Positions 57,179-60,225 of a stretch of 60,225 bases of DNA are shown piece after piece. The notes beneath the pieces are model-generated. The model saw nothing but the letters and a program-made list of their open reading frames with translations. It did not search any database and was not told where the DNA came from. The stretch is from positions 1 to 60,225 of the forward strand of contig JBIOTQ010000046.1 in assembly GCA_044866075.1 (NCBI GenBank). Direction: 5' to 3'. Each line of letters opens with the position of its first letter. Positions within the stretch are counted from its first letter, which is position 1. Made by a program: the position numbers and the translations under genes. Source of the stretch: Actinomycetota bacterium (GTDB lineage: Bacteria > Actinomycetota > AC-67).

Positions 57179-58237
57179 TTAGGCCACGTCGACTCGGACG
57201 AGCGCACTCCGCGAGGAGTCGAGTGGCTCGAACGCGACCCACGCCGAGTCCCCGGCGGCGAGAACGTCGGTCAGAGTCCCCCCGAGGTCGATCGTCGCTG
57301 CGACGACGTTGCGATTTGGTTCGATGAGCGAAAGTGTTCCACTTCTAAAGCCGCTGACCCAGACACGTCCATCGTCGACGCCGACTCCCCACGCGTCGGG
57401 GATGGCAATCCGCGCCGTGACACGGTTCGTCGTGCCGTCTACGCGGAGGACTGAATCCTCCGTGGTGATCCACACATCGCTGCCCCCTACGACGATGTCC
57501 CGTGCCGGAGGAATGTCGATGCGAGCGATGACTTGATTCGTGTTGGAGTCGACGCGAACGAGATCGTCTCCGGCGACCCAAACGCTACCCAGTCCGGCCG
57601 CGAGTTGTCCGGACACAGGCAGGCGCGCGGCGACCTCGCCGCTCGTCGGGTTGATCCTCGCTATCCCATCGACTGCCAACCAGACAGCACCGGGTGTGGT
57701 GGCGACCGAGGCGGGGGTCCAGTCCACGAAAAGCATCAATCGCAGCGAGCGTCCCGACGCCGCGTCGAATTGCACGAGTCCTCCGGTCGTGTATGTGCGG
57801 TTGAGGTCGGCGGTCGTCCGCTTCCCGTTCCGATAGACCGTTTGATAATTGGGCGGAGGCGGCGCGTCGAAGCCGTCGGGTGCATCCGTTGCAACCCCAT
57901 AGGCAACCCAGACGGTGTCGGCGATGGTCGCTGCGGTTCCTCCGCCCGGGATATTCCCGTGGGGGGACCGAAGTTCACGCACCAACTTCCCGGTGGCCAC
58001 GTCGATTCCGATGACTCCTCGGTTGTAGCCGCCGGTGACCCAGACGACGCCGTCTCCGAGGGCAAGCCCCGAGTCCGAGATGTTGGATGCGAGCGGCACG
58101 CGTTCGGCGACCCGAAGCATCGGCGGCGTTTCGGTCCCGGTGCTACCAGGCGACGCAGCCTGACCTCCGCATGAGGAGAGCAGAAGCGCGACAAGCGCCG
58201 TCGAAACGTAGGAGATCCTCGCCGACTGACGAGTCAT
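57179..58237 (-). CDS. Lipoprotein with about seven beta-propeller-like repeats (xxVWV blades)
   Basis: Start at ATG 58237 (MTRQSARISYVSTALVALLLSSCGG, lipobox LSSC) or ATG 58249. Repeats are DGVVWVTG, DTVWVAY, GAVWLAV, GSVWVAG, SDVWITT, GRVWVSG and DSAWVAF. The longer ORF to 58498 runs through the tRNA-derived repeat and is rejected. Confidence 0.7.
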   Translation of the reverse strand: MTRQSARISYVSTALVALLLSSCGGQAASPGSTGTETPPMLRVAERVPLASNISDSGLALGDGVVWVTGGYNRGVIGIDVATGKLVRELRSPHGNIPGGGTAATIADTVWVAYGVATDAPDGFDAPPPPNYQTVYRNGKRTTADLNRTYTTGGLVQFDAASGRSLRLMLFVDWTPASVATTPGAVWLAVDGIARINPTSGEVAARLPVSGQLAAGLGSVWVAGDDLVRVDSNTNQVIARIDIPPARDIVVGGSDVWITTEDSVLRVDGTTNRVTARIAIPDAWGVGVDDGRVWVSGFRSGTLSLIEPNRNVVAATIDLGGTLTDVLAAGDSAWVAFEPLDSSRSALVRVDVA

Positions 58238-58385
58238 GTACGAAAGCATGCGGCAGACTGGACGGGAGGCCAATGCCCGAACGGGCGTCGGACGCCGGAC
58301 TGACCGGAACACGACGGATACTGGAGCGCCTCTGGACATATGAATCCGCAGGTCGCGCGGCGGAAGCACAACGTTCGGCCGGAGA

Positions 58386-58431
58386 TGCTTTGGGAGCAGG
58401 AGGTCGGCGGTTCGAATCCGCCCGCCCCGAC
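58386..58431 (+). repeat. Direct repeat copy 2 (attR-like): orphan tRNA-Pro 3' half
   Basis: Identical 46 nt. The upstream sequence (ggccggagat) cannot form the acceptor, D or anticodon 5' strands, so it is not a functional tRNA. Confidence 0.85.
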
Positions 58432-58587
58432 GAGGGATCTTCCCGTTCTCACACCCTGCGTGTTCGGAACATCCTCCCAGTGAGAAAGATCCGGTCATGA
58501 ATTTCGGTTTGCGACAGGTTTGCTCGACTCGTGGTCGGGTAGTACCCGATTGCTTCCGTCGCCCCCGAGGCGGGAGCGCATCCCCCG

Positions 58588-58615
58588 CTGGGGTGGGCCC
58601 CTCTGCCCACCCCAG
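58588..58615. repeat. Perfect 11-bp inverted repeat (hairpin) in the tRNA spacer
   Basis: CTGGGGTGGGC-ccctct-GCCCACCCCAG. No flanking T/U tract on either strand. Confidence 0.6.
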
Positions 58616-58697
58616 TCCCCTTCCCAGGGGTTGTTTGTATGGAGATCACGAGGTGGGAAGGGGTGATGAGCCGCGATGCTACGATGCCCCGGCCAGC

Positions 58698-58768
58698 GCG
58701 GGCGTAGCTCAATGGTAGAGCTCGAGCCTTCCAAGCTCGTGATGAGGGTTCGATTCCCTTCGCCCGCT
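58698..58768 (+). tRNA. tRNA-Gly (anticodon TCC)
   Basis: GCGGGCG/CGCCCGC acceptor, CGAGC-CTTCCAA-GCTCG anticodon arm, TTCGATT T-loop, 71 nt. Confidence 0.9.
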
Positions 58769-58841
58769 CGAGGTTGTCTCGATTGGCACCGGACCCTGTT
58801 AGAGTTACATCGCTGTAATTCCCCTAGGGGGCTTGTCAGGC

Positions 58842-59186
58842 ATGCATAGAGTCCTGGCCGTGCTCATCGCGTTGCTCCTCGGCGGAGGCGTGGTCGCGGC
58901 GGTCGTGAAGAGTGACGACAACAACAAGGTGCCGATCGTGGAGCCGACGCCCTCGCCGACGCAGACCTTCACCTTCGACGGAGCGGCGCCCACGGAGTCG
59001 AGCTTCACGGCGACGGCGTCACCGCTCGAGACCGGCACCGAGGGCGGGACGGTTTCGCCGACCGAGACGATGCAGGAGCTGCCGCGCACCGGCGCCGGAT
59101 CGTTCGCGCCGGCGGCGTTGGTGACGCTCGCGATCGCGCTCGGGGCCGGCGTGGCCGTGAGCAGGGCGGCGAAAACCTCGGACTAG
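58842..59186 (+). CDS. Small LPXTG-anchored Thr/Pro/Ser-rich surface protein (no globular domain)
   Basis: MHRVLAVLIALLLGGGVVAAVV signal/anchor, a T/P/S-rich stalk, and LPRTG + hydrophobic segment + SRAAKTSD. It lies between tRNA-Gly and tRNA-Arg. Confidence 0.6.
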   Translation: MHRVLAVLIALLLGGGVVAAVVKSDDNNKVPIVEPTPSPTQTFTFDGAAPTESSFTATASPLETGTEGGTVSPTETMQELPRTGAGSFAPAALVTLAIALGAGVAVSRAAKTSD

Positions 59187-59224
59187 CCGCTTGGCGGCCG
59201 CTGCTACACTTTTTCTCGTTCCGT

Positions 59225-59298
59225 GCGCCCGTAGCTCAAATGGATAGAGCGGCTGGTTTCTACCCAGCGGGTTGGGGGTTCGAGTCCTCTCGGGCGCG
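59225..59298 (+). tRNA. tRNA-Arg (anticodon TCT)
   Basis: GCGCCCG/CGGGCGC acceptor, GCTGG-TTTCTAC-CCAGC anticodon arm, TTCGAGT T-loop, 74 nt. Confidence 0.88.
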
Positions 59299-59319
59299 CC
59301 GAGGCGAGCTTTCAAGCAT

Positions 59320-59394
59320 GGTGGCCGTAGCTCAGTTGGTTAGAGCGCCGGGTTGTGGTCCCGGAGGTCGGGGGTTCGATTCCCCTCGGTCACC
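59320..59394 (+). tRNA. tRNA-His (anticodon GTG) with encoded G-1
   Basis: G-1 plus GTGGCCG/CGGTCAC acceptor, CCGGG-TTGTGGT-CCCGG anticodon arm, discriminator C. Confidence 0.9.
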
Positions 59395-59445
59395 CTACTG
59401 AGGTCGCACTGCGTTCTTGTCATAGGTGCCTGGTACGGTCGGGAG

Positions 59446-60165
59446 GTGACTCCTGCGGTCCCACAAGAGCTGCTCGCGCGCGCGTCGTCGTGGGATGCGC
59501 TGAAACGCTGGGAGCGGCGCGAGCTCGGGCAGGAGCTGCGACGGCTCGGGCTTTCGTACCGCGAGATCTCGCAGATCATTCCGGTCCACAAAGGGACGTT
59601 GTCGGGGTGGTGTCGCCCCGTCGCTCTCACGGCAGAGAAGCAAATCCGGATCTCGGCTCTCCGTCCCGCCGTTGTGACGCGGATGACTATCGGCGAGATA
59701 CATCGCCAACGCGCTCAAGTCCGACGCGACGCGGTCCGCGAGAAGGGCCGCGTGGAAGGATTCTCACTTGCCACGGACCCGCTGTGGGCTGCCGGCACCG
59801 TTGCCTACTGGTCGGAAGGCGGAAAGGTCTCGGGCAGGGTCCAGTTCGCAAACTCAGATCCTGCGCTCATTAGACTTTTTGTCCGATGGTATGAGCGCTT
59901 TCTTGGCGGTCCCCCCTCTTCGATGGCCGCCCAGCTTCATCTTCACAGCGGACAAGACGAAGACGAGCGTGTCGCTTTTTGGTCCGGAGTCACCGGCATC
60001 CCACCTGAGCGATTCACGAAGACGTTTTGGAAGAAGGAAGGGACCGGGCATCGAAAGCAGCTTCTATATAATGGCACCGCTTCGATACGCCCTAGCCGCA
60101 GCGGTGACAATCTCCAGCGGATATTGGGATGGATCGATGCGCTGAAGGAGATTTGGGGCCGCTAG
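59446..60165 (+). CDS. HTH protein with a LAGLIDADG-like (homing-endonuclease-like) C-terminal region, wedged between tRNA-His and tRNA-Lys
   Basis: HTH-like LSYREISQIIPVHKGTLSGW. LWAAGTVAYWSEGGK...VQFANSDPALIRLFVRWYERFLG resembles the LAGLIDADG helix-strand-helix. About 55% GC in a hand-counted 100-nt sample. Start uncertain: GTG 59446 is the first in-frame start after tRNA-His. The stop TAG (60163-60165) lies inside tRNA-Lys. Confidence 0.55.
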   Translation: MTPAVPQELLARASSWDALKRWERRELGQELRRLGLSYREISQIIPVHKGTLSGWCRPVALTAEKQIRISALRPAVVTRMTIGEIHRQRAQVRRDAVREKGRVEGFSLATDPLWAAGTVAYWSEGGKVSGRVQFANSDPALIRLFVRWYERFLGGPPSSMAAQLHLHSGQDEDERVAFWSGVTGIPPERFTKTFWKKEGTGHRKQLLYNGTASIRPSRSGDNLQRILGWIDALKEIWGR

Positions 60166-60225
60166 CTCAACTGGCTAGAGCACTTGACTCTTAATCAAGG
60201 GGTTCGGGGTTCGAGTCCCTGGCGG
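60156..60225 (+). tRNA. tRNA-Lys (anticodon CTT), 3' end cut by the window edge
   Basis: GGGCCGC acceptor 5' strand, GCTC/GAGC D-arm, CTTGA-CTCTTAA-TCAAG anticodon arm, CGGGG-TTCGAGT-CCCTG T-arm, then GCGG at the window end. Confidence 0.85.

Larger units (their letters stand above)
57013..58431. mobile_element. Putative remnant of an element integrated into the 3' end of tRNA-Pro; no integrase present
   Basis: Bounded by the 46-nt direct repeat. About 60% GC by hand count, lower than the flanks. It carries a single lipoprotein gene. Confidence 0.45.

Noticed and set aside
58386-58431. A second tRNA-Pro gene
   Set aside because: Only the 3' 45 nt are present. The upstream sequence cannot form the acceptor, D or anticodon 5' strands. 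I treat it as an att-type repeat.
58449-58734. Small minus- and plus-strand ORFs (87, 79 and 73 aa) in the spacer before tRNA-Gly
   Set aside because: They overlap each other and the tRNA-Gly gene, lack an RBS, and have odd composition. The region is more likely non-coding spacer with a hairpin.
1-60225. CRISPR arrays, rRNA genes, IS elements/transposases, integrases, prophage genes
   Set aside because: I looked for regularly spaced direct repeats, transposase or integrase motifs and terminal inverted repeats and found none. The only mobile-element signatures are the tRNA-Pro repeat and the low-GC tRNA-spacer ORFs reported above.

Overview
This is a high-GC (about 70% by hand count), almost fully coding segment of an actinobacterial-type chromosome. 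Lineage clues are NucS, a mycothiol-type DinB/MDMPI protein, an LCP protein, LAxTG/LPXTG sorting signals and lipoboxes. The backbone is a conserved housekeeping block, mostly on the minus strand. Reading right to left it runs: a tRNA cluster (Pro, Gly, Arg, His, Lys), tig-clpP-clpX, valS-folC-ndk-radC, mreB-mreC-mreD-mrdA-rodA, rne-rplU-rpmA-obg-proB-proA, then further left nadD-LCP-rsfS. As I recall, this order resembles Streptomyces-like actinobacteria. The left third is more accessory: znuABC, two PHP-domain proteins, a FEN-type exonuclease, nucS, a P450, an S8 protease, an SDR and a GNAT. Accessory genes are wedged into the backbone, often on the opposite strand or with lower GC. They are a DUF559 gene splitting a MoxR/VWA pair, a DUF2652-SRPBCC gene between obg and rpmA, a rearranged Amidase_3 gene between radC and mreB, a hydrolase-cyclase/CsbD/LAxTG trio between valS and clpX, and three protein genes interleaved with the tRNAs. 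One of the tRNA-interleaved segments is bracketed by a 46-nt direct repeat of the tRNA-Pro 3' half. Four nucleotidyl-cyclase-fold proteins and one HD-GYP protein lie within about 42 kb. I found no CRISPR array, rRNA, transposase or integrase ORF. I could not recognise a complete, clearly novel multi-gene system. The best leads are the tRNA-cluster insertions, the apparently permuted amidase, a polymerase-less PolX-like protein, the unusual cyclase architectures and a terminator-like valS leader. Many long ORFs in the track are antisense or frame artefacts typical of high-GC DNA and were not called.
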